Assembly: GCA_036280655.1 (NCBI GenBank)
Contig: DASUQI010000010.1
Coordinates: 13,104 to 77,103, forward strand
Length of the DNA: 64,000 nt
Origin: Actinomycetota bacterium
GTDB lineage: Bacteria > Actinomycetota > UBA4738 > HRBIN12
Direction: 5' to 3'
Shown: positions 8,570 to 17,569 of the stretch, piece by piece
Layout of the letters: each line of letters starts with the position of its first letter
How positions within the stretch are numbered: the first letter of the stretch is position 1
Made by a program: the position numbers and the translations under genes
Notes under the pieces: model-generated
Databases searched by the model: none
Told to the model about the DNA's origin: nothing
The model's input: the letters and a program-made list of their open reading frames with translations, nothing else

Positions 8570-9655
8570 GTGACGCCCCCCGAGATCCCGCTCCTCCGCC
8601 TTTCGGGCACGCACCGCGACGTCGGCGAGCAGCTCGGCCTCCTGCGCGGCAGGTCTTTAGCGCGCGCGGCCGCGTTCAAGGACCGGCCGATCCCCGAGGG
8701 CCGGACGCGCCGGGAGCAGCTCGCGCTCGCCGACCGCTACCGAGAGGTCACCCGCGCCGCGTACCCCTGGTACCTCGACGAGGTCGAGGGCGCCGCGGAG
8801 GCGGCCGAGGTCGACCCCCTCGCGCTGTTCGCGACCGTGATCGAGGAGATCTGGTATGTGCCGTACGCGCGCCGGCTCGAAGGACGTTGCACGGACCTCG
8901 TCGCGGGCCCGCCGGCGACGGCCGACGGCCACGTGATCGTCGCGCACAACAACGACGTCACGCGCTCGTACCAGGAGGGGCTCGTCGCGATCGAGTGGAC
9001 GATCCCGGACGAGCCGCGGGTCCTCACGATCTCGAACGACCTGTGGCTGTCGTGCGGCTGGAACGACGCCGGGATCACGATGGCCGGCAACGAGCTCGCG
9101 CCGCTCGACGAGCGGATCGGGATCCCGCGGATGATCCAGTACCGCTCGATGCTTCGGCAGCCCACGATGGAACGCGCGGTCGGCGAGGCGCTCCGCCACG
9201 ACCGCGCCTCCTCCTACAACCAGGTCCTCGTGTCCGCGGACGAGGTCGTGAACGTCGAGGGCTCGGCCACCGACGCCGAGCTCACGACGCTCGACGAGCG
9301 CGGGCACCTCGTCCACACGAACCACTACGTGTGCGAACGCATGCTGCGCTACGAGGGCGACCACGACTACGTCCCGCATTCGAACCGCCGCTACGAGCGC
9401 GCCGCCGAGCTCCTCGGCTCGACCGAGCCCGACTCGGTCAGCATAGAGACGATGCGCGGGTTCCTCTCGGATCACGAGGGCGCGCCCGACAGCCTCTGCC
9501 GCCACCCCGAGCTCCACGGCGGCGAGGGCTCGGCGACGGTCTTCTGGTGGATCTCGGACGTGACCGACCTGCGGCTCGAGTTCGGCCGCGGGAACCCGTG
9601 CGACTCGGTCGCCCAGTCCTACGGGTTCCCGGAGGCGGCGGAGACGGCCGCCTGA
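8570..9655 (+). CDS. Peptidase C45 family (acyl-CoA:6-aminopenicillanic-acid acyltransferase-like Ntn hydrolase)
   Basis: Candidate Cys nucleophile after the propeptide (EGRCTDLVAG) and C45-like blocks (VIVAHNNDV, HTNHY). About 360 aa. Confidence 0.65.
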   Translation: MTPPEIPLLRLSGTHRDVGEQLGLLRGRSLARAAAFKDRPIPEGRTRREQLALADRYREVTRAAYPWYLDEVEGAAEAAEVDPLALFATVIEEIWYVPYARRLEGRCTDLVAGPPATADGHVIVAHNNDVTRSYQEGLVAIEWTIPDEPRVLTISNDLWLSCGWNDAGITMAGNELAPLDERIGIPRMIQYRSMLRQPTMERAVGEALRHDRASSYNQVLVSADEVVNVEGSATDAELTTLDERGHLVHTNHYVCERMLRYEGDHDYVPHSNRRYERAAELLGSTEPDSVSIETMRGFLSDHEGAPDSLCRHPELHGGEGSATVFWWISDVTDLRLEFGRGNPCDSVAQSYGFPEAAETAA

Positions 9656-9662
9656 GCCTGCG

Positions 9663-9678
9663 GGTAGGCTTGCCCGTC
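9663..9678 (+). promoter_or_regulatory. 16-nt motif GGTAGGCTTGCCCGTC with TAGGCT -10-like hexamer (copy 1, upstream of tldD)
   Basis: Exact 16-nt repeat of 44013-44028. TAGGCT fits the actinobacterial TANNNT -10 consensus. Confidence 0.4.
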
Positions 9679-9715
9679 CGCTGACTGCTCCCCATCGAGG
9701 AAGGACGACAGCCCG

Positions 9716-11158
9716 ATGCTCGACGTCGCGAAGCAGGCGGTCGAGGCCGCGATGGCGGCCGGCGCCGACTACGCCGACGGCCGCATCGTCGCCGAGGACA
9801 CCGAATCCCTCACCGTCAGGAACCAGGAGATGGAGGGGATCGACCGCGCCACCTCCGAGGGTCTCGGCATCCGCGTCCTCGTGAACGGTTACTGGGGGTT
9901 CGCCGCGACCGCCCGCCGCGAGCCCGAGGAGATCGACCGTGCCGCGCGGCTCGCCGTCGAGATCGCCACGGCCGCCTCCCGCCTGCCGATGGAGCCGGTG
10001 CGCCTCGCCGAGGTCGAGCCCGCCACGGGCACGTGGCACTCGCCGATGCAGGAGGACCCGTTCAACGTCCCGCTCGAGGAGAAGGTGTCGCTGCTCATGG
10101 AGGCGACCCGGCGGATGCAATCGGTGCAGGGGCTGGCGTTCGCCGAGGGCGGCATCGACCTGTTCCGCCGCCGGACCGTCCTCGCCACGAGCGAGGGCAC
10201 GGCCATCGACCAGACGACGGTCCAGTCGGGCGCCGGCATCGAGGCGACCGCGACGGCCGAGGGCGAGCTCCAGCGCCGGTCGTTCCCGAACTCGTTCCGC
10301 GGCCACATCTCGGCGGCGGGGTGGGAGCACATCCAGCGGCTGGGGCTGATCGAGGAGGCCGAGCGCACCGCGACCGAAGCGGTTGAGCTCCTGTCGGCGA
10401 AGGACTGCCCCAGCGAGGTCACGACGCTCGTGATCGACTCCGGCCAGGTCGAGCTCCAGATCCACGAGTCGATCGGGCACCCCGTCGAGCTCGATCGCGT
10501 GCTCGGGATGGAGGAGGCGTACGCGGGCTCCTCGTTCGTGAAGCCCGACGACCGAGGGAAGCTGCGGTACGCGAGCCCGCTCGTCTCGATCACGGCCGAC
10601 GCGACGCTCTCCGGAGGCCTCGGGTCGTTCGGCTGGGACGACGAGGGGGTGCCGGCGCAGCGGATGCCGATCATCGAGGACGGCGTGTTCCAGAACTTCA
10701 TCTCGAGCCGCGAGACCGCGAGCGTCCTCGGCCTCCCGTCCTCGGGCGCGATGCGCGCCGACGGGTGGGCGCACTACCCGCTGATCCGCATGACGAACAT
10801 CTCGATCGAGCCGCGCGAGGGGTCGCTCGCCGACATCCTCGGCGATACGAAGGACGGCGTGTTCATGAGCACGAACACGTCGTGGTCGATCGACGACCAC
10901 CGCGTGAACTTCCAGTTCGGCTGCGAGATCGCATGGCGCATCAAGGACGGCAAGCTCACCGAGATGTACCGGAACCCGAACTACACCGGGATCACGACCG
11001 AGTTCTGGGGATCATGCGACGCGGTCGGCGGCCGGGAGGAGTGGACCGTCTGGGGCACGCCGAACTGCGGCAAGGGCCAGCCCGGGCAGGTCGCGCGCGT
11101 CGGGCACGGCGCGTCGCCGGCGCGGTTCCGGAACGTGCAGCTCGGGGTGAGGGGATGA
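9716..11158 (+). CDS. tldD: Metalloprotease TldD
   Basis: HESIGH zinc motif and characteristic TldD blocks (LVNGYWGFAAT, GSSFVKPDD). 480 aa. Confidence 0.85.
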   Translation: MLDVAKQAVEAAMAAGADYADGRIVAEDTESLTVRNQEMEGIDRATSEGLGIRVLVNGYWGFAATARREPEEIDRAARLAVEIATAASRLPMEPVRLAEVEPATGTWHSPMQEDPFNVPLEEKVSLLMEATRRMQSVQGLAFAEGGIDLFRRRTVLATSEGTAIDQTTVQSGAGIEATATAEGELQRRSFPNSFRGHISAAGWEHIQRLGLIEEAERTATEAVELLSAKDCPSEVTTLVIDSGQVELQIHESIGHPVELDRVLGMEEAYAGSSFVKPDDRGKLRYASPLVSITADATLSGGLGSFGWDDEGVPAQRMPIIEDGVFQNFISSRETASVLGLPSSGAMRADGWAHYPLIRMTNISIEPREGSLADILGDTKDGVFMSTNTSWSIDDHRVNFQFGCEIAWRIKDGKLTEMYRNPNYTGITTEFWGSCDAVGGREEWTVWGTPNCGKGQPGQVARVGHGASPARFRNVQLGVRG

Positions 11159-11177
11159 CGTTCCAGGTGCGCCGCTG

Positions 11178-12527
11178 ATGCCGGGGATGATCGGACCCGA
11201 CGAGGCGCGCCGCGTCGCGGACGCCGCGCTCAGCCTGCCGGACGCCGACGGCGTCGAGGTTCTGTTCATGCACGAGTGGGGCGGGCTCACGCGGTTCGCC
11301 TCGAGCTCTATCCACCAGAGCACCCACCGCGAGGACACCGGCGTGAGCGTCCGCGTGATCAAGGAGAACCGGATCGGCGTCGCGTCGACGAACGACTTCA
11401 CGATCGAGGGAGCGCGCCGGGCGGCCGACCACGCGCTCGAGATGGCGAACGTCGTCGCGCCCGATGCCTTGTTCCCCGGGCTCGCCCCGCAGGCCGAGGT
11501 CCCGGGGGTCGACCTGTACGACGAGGCCACGGCCTCGGCGACCCCCGCGTTCCGCGCCGACGGGGTCGCCGACCTCGTCGCGCAGTGCCCGGAGGGGTTC
11601 ACGGCCGCGGGAGCGTTCGAGACGATCGCGAGCGAGGTGGCGGTCGCCAACACCGAGGGGCAGTTCTGCTGGTCGCCCTCGACGATGGCGTCGATCAACA
11701 CAGTCGTGAGCGGCGGCGAGGGCGGCCACGGGTTCGCCGAGGTGTTCGAGTCCGCGACGTCGGACGTCGACCCGGTCGCGATCGGCAAACGCGCCGCGAG
11801 CAAGGCCGTCGACTCGCAGTCGCCGAGGGACATCGAGGCGGGGCGGTATCCCGTCGTGCTCGAGCCCGCGGCGGTTTCGACGCTCGTGGGGTTCCTCGCG
11901 TGGATCGGGTTCGGCGGGCGGTCGCTCGCCGAGGGGCGCTCGTGCTTCTCGGGCAAGGAGGGGCAGCGGGTGGCCGCGGGCGACGTCTCGATCTACGACG
12001 ACGCGAGGGCTCGCGGAACGCTCGGGCTGCCGTTCGACTTCGAGGGCGTGCCGCGGTCGCGCGTCGATCTGATCAAGGACGGGACGTTCCTCGGCGGCGT
12101 CTACGACCTTCGGACCGCGAAGCAGGCCGGGATGAGAACGACGGGGCACGCGCTCCCGCCGCCGAACCCGGAGGGACCGTTCCCGTTGAACCTGTTCATG
12201 GAGCCGGGCGATGCGAGCGTCGAGGAGATGATCGCGAGGACCGAGCGGGGGCTGCTCGTCACGCGGTTCCACTACACGAACGTCGTCCACCCGATCGAGT
12301 CGACGATCACGGGCATGACGCGCGACGGGACGTTCCTGATCGAGAACGGCGAGATCGCGCACCCGGTGAAGAACCTGCGGTTCACCCAGTCGATCGTCGA
12401 GGCGCTCACGGGCACCGAGATGATCGGACGCGACACCGAGCTCGCGAGCGAGTTCTTCTTCTCGGCGAGCAGGGTGCCGGCGCTCAAGGTGGCGTCGTTC
12501 AACTTCAGCGGCCGGTCGGACCACTAG
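11178..12527 (+). CDS. pmbA: TldE/PmbA (TldD/PmbA-family peptidase partner)
   Basis: Homologous fold to the adjacent TldD but lacking HExxxH; sits 19 bp downstream of tldD. Confidence 0.8.
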   Translation: MPGMIGPDEARRVADAALSLPDADGVEVLFMHEWGGLTRFASSSIHQSTHREDTGVSVRVIKENRIGVASTNDFTIEGARRAADHALEMANVVAPDALFPGLAPQAEVPGVDLYDEATASATPAFRADGVADLVAQCPEGFTAAGAFETIASEVAVANTEGQFCWSPSTMASINTVVSGGEGGHGFAEVFESATSDVDPVAIGKRAASKAVDSQSPRDIEAGRYPVVLEPAAVSTLVGFLAWIGFGGRSLAEGRSCFSGKEGQRVAAGDVSIYDDARARGTLGLPFDFEGVPRSRVDLIKDGTFLGGVYDLRTAKQAGMRTTGHALPPPNPEGPFPLNLFMEPGDASVEEMIARTERGLLVTRFHYTNVVHPIESTITGMTRDGTFLIENGEIAHPVKNLRFTQSIVEALTGTEMIGRDTELASEFFFSASRVPALKVASFNFSGRSDH

Positions 12528-12720
12528 GACGGGGTAGCCCGGTCCGGAGTCGCTCGGAGCATGTCCACTATGGGGAACTCGGTTCCACGATGTGGAATAC
12601 GTCCTCGGGCCTCTCTGCCCGACTCGGCCGCCCCGGCTCCCCCACGCATCGACGCCCGGGGGGAGCCCCGCTCGCCGGCGGGATAGACTGGGTGCCCACT
12701 TCCCGACGGAGGTACCGACG

Positions 12721-13173
12721 ATGCAGGTCAGGGACATCATGCACGCCGACGTGAAGACCGCCGCGCCCGATGATTCGTTCGAACGCGTGGCCAACGTGCT
12801 CCGGGAGCACAGCATCTCCTCCGTGGTGGTCCTCGAGGGCGGCAAGCTCGCCGGCATCGTGACCGAGCGCGACCTCGTGAACCTCGTTGCCGAGGGCGGC
12901 GACCCCAAGACCACGAAGGTCGCCGAGCGCATGACGACGGACCTCGACACCGTCGACCCGAAGACCGACATCGCCGAGGCCGCCGATCACATGGCGCGGC
13001 TCAAGATCCGCCACCTGCCCGTCGTGCAGGAGGGCGAGCTCGCCGGGATCATCTCGATCCGCGACCTGACGAACTGGGCCGTCCACGAGCTCACGTCGGG
13101 GCACGAACTCCCCGACCTCGAACGCAGCCACACGGCACTCTCGGCCGCGGCCGAGGTCAACCGGGCTCAATAG
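12721..13173 (+). CDS. CBS-pair domain protein
   Basis: Two CBS motifs (VANVLREHSISSVVVLEGGKLAGIVTERDL and MARLKIRHLPVVQEGELAGIISIRDL). Start trimmed to ATG 12721, preceded by ggagg. Confidence 0.7.
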   Translation: MQVRDIMHADVKTAAPDDSFERVANVLREHSISSVVVLEGGKLAGIVTERDLVNLVAEGGDPKTTKVAERMTTDLDTVDPKTDIAEAADHMARLKIRHLPVVQEGELAGIISIRDLTNWAVHELTSGHELPDLERSHTALSAAAEVNRAQ

Positions 13174-14623
13174 GTTCGGATCCCGGCTCGGCGGGCTTCG
13201 CCGCTCGCTTCGAACGCGACGTCGTCGACTTCGTACTCGTCGACTTCGAACGCGAAGTCGACGCACGTTTCGAACGCGAGCTCGTCGCACGCGGTTTCGA
13301 GCCGGTGCTCGTCGACCCGTCCGGCGACCGTGCCCCCGCCGCGCGTTCGAACGGCAGTCGCGGGTTCTGCAACGACCCGAGCTGCGCGAGGTCGCGGGGG
13401 AACAGCAGCGCCACCGTCCAATCCGCGGCGATCTTCGCCTTCCGCGTGAGCGTCGGCATCGCCCACAGGTGGTACGTGCGGTGCGCGAACCACGCGGCGA
13501 ACCCCCGCAGCCGCAGGCCGAAGATCATCGCGACGCCCTTGTACCGGCCGAGCGAACACACCGCGCCGATCCCCCGGTAGTCGAACGGTTCGGGCCGCTG
13601 TCCTTCGAGCGCGGCGATCAGGTTCTTGGCGAGGCGCTTGCCCTCGCGAAGCCCGTGCTGCGCGGTCGGCGGGTTCGGCTGGCCGGTCCGGAGCTCCGGG
13701 ATCGCGGCCGCGTCGCCGGCCGCCCACGCGTCGTCCAGGCCCTCGACGCGCAGGTACGCGTCGGTCCGGATGCGGCCCGTCTGGTCGACGGGGAAACCGG
13801 ACTCCGCGGCGAGCGGCGACGGCTTGACCCCCGCCGTCCACACGAGCGTGTCCGCGTCGAACGACTGACCGTCGGAGAGCTCGATGTGTCCCCCGACCGC
13901 GGACTCGAGCCGCGTGTTCAGTAGGATCTCGATGCCGCGCTCGCGAAGCACCTCGTCCGCGTACCCCGCGAGGTCCTCCCCCAGCTCCGGCAGGATCGCC
14001 CCCGCCGCCTCCACGACCGCCCACCGCATCTCCGATGCGGAGAGGTCCGGATAGCTCTTGAGCGCGTCGCGCGCGAGGTCCTCGAGCTCGCCGAGCGCCT
14101 CGACCCCGGCGAACCCGCCGCCGACGAACACGAACGTGAGCGCCGCCCGCCGGCGTGCGGGGTCGTCGGTCTCGGCCGCGACGTCGAGCCGGGACAGCAC
14201 GCGGTTGCGGAGCCAGATCGCCTCCTGCACGGTCTTGAAGCCGACGCCGTGCTCGGCGAGGCCCGGGATCGGGAGCACGCGGGCCCACGAGCCGGGCGCG
14301 AGCACGACGATGTCGTACGGGAGCTCGGTCGTGCTGCCGTCGGCGAGCACCACCCGGGCGGACTTCGCCACGTGGTCGACGCGTTCGATCTCGCCGATCA
14401 CCACCTCGCATCGGCGCAGAACGTGTCGGAGGGGCACGACGACGGCGCGCGGGTCGATCGTCCCCGACGCCACCTCGGGCAGGAACGGCTGGTACTGCAT
14501 GAAGTTCTCCGGATTGACCACGGTCACGCGGTAGCCGAGGTCGAGGGCCCGCCGAAGGTGCATCGCCGCGTAGAGGCCGGCGAAGCCGGCGCCGACCACG
14601 AGGATCCGCTTGCGCGCCATCAC
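13157..14623 (-). CDS. ndh: Type II NADH dehydrogenase (NDH-2) with basic S/T/K/R-rich C-terminal tail
   Basis: Dinucleotide-binding motifs RILVVGAGFAGL and FVFVGGGFAGVE. The C-terminal ~50 aa (RSKRASTSRSKSTSTKSTTSRSKRAAKPAEP) are encoded by an imperfect tandem repeat. Confidence 0.85.
   Translation of the reverse strand: MMARKRILVVGAGFAGLYAAMHLRRALDLGYRVTVVNPENFMQYQPFLPEVASGTIDPRAVVVPLRHVLRRCEVVIGEIERVDHVAKSARVVLADGSTTELPYDIVVLAPGSWARVLPIPGLAEHGVGFKTVQEAIWLRNRVLSRLDVAAETDDPARRRAALTFVFVGGGFAGVEALGELEDLARDALKSYPDLSASEMRWAVVEAAGAILPELGEDLAGYADEVLRERGIEILLNTRLESAVGGHIELSDGQSFDADTLVWTAGVKPSPLAAESGFPVDQTGRIRTDAYLRVEGLDDAWAAGDAAAIPELRTGQPNPPTAQHGLREGKRLAKNLIAALEGQRPEPFDYRGIGAVCSLGRYKGVAMIFGLRLRGFAAWFAHRTYHLWAMPTLTRKAKIAADWTVALLFPRDLAQLGSLQNPRLPFERAAGARSPDGSTSTGSKPRATSSRSKRASTSRSKSTSTKSTTSRSKRAAKPAEPGSEPIEPG
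13190..13300. repeat. Imperfect intragenic tandem repeat (TTCGAACGCGA-containing units) encoding the basic tail of NDH-2
   Basis: TTCGAACGCGA recurs three times at roughly 33-36-nt spacing with related flanks (cgtcgtcgacttcg / agtcgacgcacg / gctcgtcgcacg). Confidence 0.45.
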
Positions 14624-14893
14624 CTCGATGCTACGCGGCGGTCGGTGTGGTCACGAAAACGACCTCCGCGGCCCGCTCCAAAGGCTCCTTGTTCGCAGTC
14701 ATACGGAGGAAGGCATTCGCCGGCGCGTTACTCTCTCGATGTGGAGCGCAGACCCCGACGACGGTGACTCCGGTCACGTTTCAAGAACGTACATAGCCGC
14801 CGACATTCCGACGGCGTAGCCACGCGTCCTGATGAACTCGTTGGAGTTCGGGTTGTCAGTGCGGATCGTTGTCCCGCACGACGGCGCCGATCG

Positions 14894-15478
14894 TCAGTCC
14901 GCGCAGCAGGCGAACCACCAGTCTTGCTCGCCCTCGACGGGCGTAAGCGTCACGATTCCCGCAGACCCCGGCGAGCGCGTGCCCTCGGGGTTGTACTCCA
15001 GCGACCACGACGTCGCGAAGGGCGCGCCGTGGGTGGACATGAAAAAGGCCCACGTGAGGCGGCCACCACTCAAGAACGTGCCACCGACCCGCTCGATGGA
15101 GGTCCCGGACGCCGCCAGGGCGGCCTTGATCAGCTGGTGGTCGGCGCGCGCAACGTCGTCGAACTGGACCGCTCGGTCAGTGAAGCCACCGCAGTCCTCG
15201 GGGTCTCCGTCGAAGAAATCGCCGCGCGGGTAGGTGAGGATGGCGCATCCGGCCGCGTCCATGAAGTACTCGACCTTCAGGTCCTCGAGGACGGGCAGGA
15301 CTGTGGCCTTGAGGCGCCCGATCTGTTCGGCCTTCTCGGCCTCCGACGGCAGATCGCCGCGGATCACTCGCAAAAGGAGGAGGCCCCCGACCGCGGCCAC
15401 AACGAGGACGATGACGACGGTGCCGAGCCTGGTCCTGGGCAGCCTCAAGAACCTGGGCTTCACCGGCCCTGAACCCAT
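14894..15478 (-). CDS. Hypothetical secreted/membrane-anchored protein
   Basis: N-terminal TM anchor (LGTVVIVLVVAAVGGLLLL), balanced composition, C-terminal CC pair. Confidence 0.45.
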   Translation of the reverse strand: MGSGPVKPRFLRLPRTRLGTVVIVLVVAAVGGLLLLRVIRGDLPSEAEKAEQIGRLKATVLPVLEDLKVEYFMDAAGCAILTYPRGDFFDGDPEDCGGFTDRAVQFDDVARADHQLIKAALAASGTSIERVGGTFLSGGRLTWAFFMSTHGAPFATSWSLEYNPEGTRSPGSAGIVTLTPVEGEQDWWFACCAD

Positions 15479-15651
15479 GAGAGCCTACGATCGACCGAGA
15501 ACACACTACGCCGGCACCGGCACGCTGACGAGCTCGTGGGCGTCGCGTGCGCGCGAGACCGGCCTTCGCCCGAGTCAGCGGGGGAATGGGCGCGTCACGC
15601 CGGTGACGCTACCCATGCATGAGCTTCCCGATCGGCGGCCAAGCGCCGCGT

Positions 15652-16485
15652 TCAGCGAACGGCGGCGCCGCGGAGCTCGTCGAACGCCTCGGGGCGGCAG
15701 AGCGACGTGCCGAGCCGCACCGGCTCGTACCGCGTCCCGTGGCAGTCCGAGCCGCCGGTCGCCACGAGCCCGAGCTCGCCCGCCAGCGCTCGGTACTGGT
15801 CCACCTGTTCGGGGAGGTGGTCCGGGTGGTCCACTTCGAGCCCGCGCATCCCGGCGGCCGCCATGCGTTTGATCAGCTCGACCGGGACCGAGGTCTGGTC
15901 GCCCCACATGCCCGGGTGCGCGAGCACGCACACGCCGCCCGCGCCGAGGATCAGCGCGACCGCGTCCACCGGGTCGAGCGCGTGCTTCGGCACGTGGCCG
16001 GGCCGGCCGTCGCCGAGGTAGACGTCGAACGCCTCCTTCTCGGTCGCGACCGCCCCGATCTCGACCATCGCCTGCGCGACGTGCGGCCGGACGATCGTGG
16101 CGCCGTTCGCGATCCGCTGCACGCGCTCGAACTCGATCGGCACGCCGAGCGCCCGGAGCTTCTCGACCATGAGCTCCCCACGGCGGAACCGCTCGTCGCC
16201 CAGCCGCGAGAGCTCGGCCTGCAGCCCCTCGTTCGCCGGGTCCATCCAGTAGCAGAGGACGTGGACGCTTGTGGCCTCGTGCTCCGCGGAGAGCTCGATC
16301 CCGGGCACGACCTCGACGCCGAGCTCGGCCCCGGTCGCGAGCGCCTCGTCGAGCCCGTCGGTCGTGTCGTGGTCGGTGAGCGCGACGACGTCGAGGTCGC
16401 GTTCTGATGCGAGCCGGACGACCTCGGCCGGGGCGAACGTCCCGTCCGAGCGGTTCGAGTGCGCGTGCAGGTCGATGCGCGGCAT
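15652..16485 (-). CDS. PHP-domain metal-dependent phosphoesterase
   Basis: IDLHAHS N-terminal metal site, LTDHD, further His/Asp ligands. About 277 aa, TrpH/YciV-like. Confidence 0.75.
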   Translation of the reverse strand: MPRIDLHAHSNRSDGTFAPAEVVRLASERDLDVVALTDHDTTDGLDEALATGAELGVEVVPGIELSAEHEATSVHVLCYWMDPANEGLQAELSRLGDERFRRGELMVEKLRALGVPIEFERVQRIANGATIVRPHVAQAMVEIGAVATEKEAFDVYLGDGRPGHVPKHALDPVDAVALILGAGGVCVLAHPGMWGDQTSVPVELIKRMAAAGMRGLEVDHPDHLPEQVDQYRALAGELGLVATGGSDCHGTRYEPVRLGTSLCRPEAFDELRGAAVR

Positions 16486-16535
16486 GACGGCCCATGCTCG
16501 CAGACGGCCCGTACGCCGTCACCGCGAACGACGAC

Positions 16536-17552
16536 TCAGGTCACCGCGACGAAGGACCGCGTGATCTCGGCGACCGTCGGAGCCCCGGCGAGCGACATCG
16601 CGTTCTCGAGCTCATCGCGAAGGATCCGCAGCACCGAGACGACGCCCTCCTCGCCGTCCACCGCGAGCCCCCAGGCTATGGCGCGGCCGACCAGCACCGC
16701 CGACGCGCCGAGCGCGAGCGCGATGAACGCGTCCGTGCCTCGCCGGATGCCGCCGTCCACGAGCACCGGGACCCTGCCGCCCACGGCCTCGACGATCTCG
16801 GGCAGCACGGTGATCGTGGCGGCCACGTGGTCGAGTTGCCGCGCTCCGTGGTTCGAGACGACGATGCCGTCGGCGCCCGCGTCGACCGCGAGCGAAGCGT
16901 CCTCGGCGGTCATGATGCCCTTCACGAGCAGCGGGAGCGGCGCGTGCTCGCGGACCCACGCGAGGTCGTCCCACGTGATCTTCGCATCGAACACGAGCTC
17001 GTCGTGCGGCAGGCCCACCGGCACGTCGAAGTCGTGCCGCGTGTCGCGGTGGCGGAGCCCGATCACCGGGAGGTCGACCGTGAAGCACACGGCCTGGAAC
17101 CCCGCGACGGCGACGCGCTTGAGCATCTCGGCCGTGTACTCGCGGTCGGTGAACACGTACAGCTGCCACCACTTCGGCGCGTCGCTCGCGGCCGCGACCT
17201 CCTCGAGCCGGTCGCGCACGGTGCTCGAGACGACCATGACCGTGCCGGCCCGGGAGACGGCGCGCGCCGTCGCGCTCTCGCCGTCCGGGTGCGCGAGCTG
17301 CTGGTAGGCCCACGGCGCCACGAGGATCGGCATCGCGAGCCGCGTGCCGAACAGCTCGACGCCGAGGTCCGGCGGATGGACGCCGGTGAGCATCCGTGGG
17401 CGGATCACCCACCGGTCGAAGGCGCGGCGGTTCTCCGCCAGGGTCCACTCGTCCCCCGCGCCGCCGGCGTAGAAGTCGTAGACGTCGGGAGGAAGCCGTT
17501 CGCGCGCGACGGGCTCGAAGTCGTCCACCGTGAGGAGCAGCGGGTCGCCCAC
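16536..17552 (-). CDS. FMN-dependent alpha-hydroxy-acid dehydrogenase (L-lactate/glycolate oxidase family)
   Basis: SNHGARQLD active-site block and VLVDGGIRRGTD FMN-binding block. 338 aa. Confidence 0.85.
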   Translation of the reverse strand: MGDPLLLTVDDFEPVARERLPPDVYDFYAGGAGDEWTLAENRRAFDRWVIRPRMLTGVHPPDLGVELFGTRLAMPILVAPWAYQQLAHPDGESATARAVSRAGTVMVVSSTVRDRLEEVAAASDAPKWWQLYVFTDREYTAEMLKRVAVAGFQAVCFTVDLPVIGLRHRDTRHDFDVPVGLPHDELVFDAKITWDDLAWVREHAPLPLLVKGIMTAEDASLAVDAGADGIVVSNHGARQLDHVAATITVLPEIVEAVGGRVPVLVDGGIRRGTDAFIALALGASAVLVGRAIAWGLAVDGEEGVVSVLRILRDELENAMSLAGAPTVAEITRSFVAVT

Positions 17553-17569
17553 GGCCGAACCCTAATCGA

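Noticed and set aside
8657-12971. 747-aa (8657..10900 -) and 659-aa (10992..12971 -) ORFs antisense to C45/tldD/pmbA
   Set aside because: Low-complexity R/D/G/V-rich products; the plus-strand genes carry the HESIGH and other family motifs.
13166-13191. GGTTCGGATCC-containing hairpin resembling a tRNA T-arm
   Set aside because: The loop is 16 nt (a T-loop is 7), and no acceptor, D or anticodon arms could be found; it is more likely a convergent-gene terminator hairpin. No tRNA, rRNA or CRISPR repeats were detected anywhere in the window.
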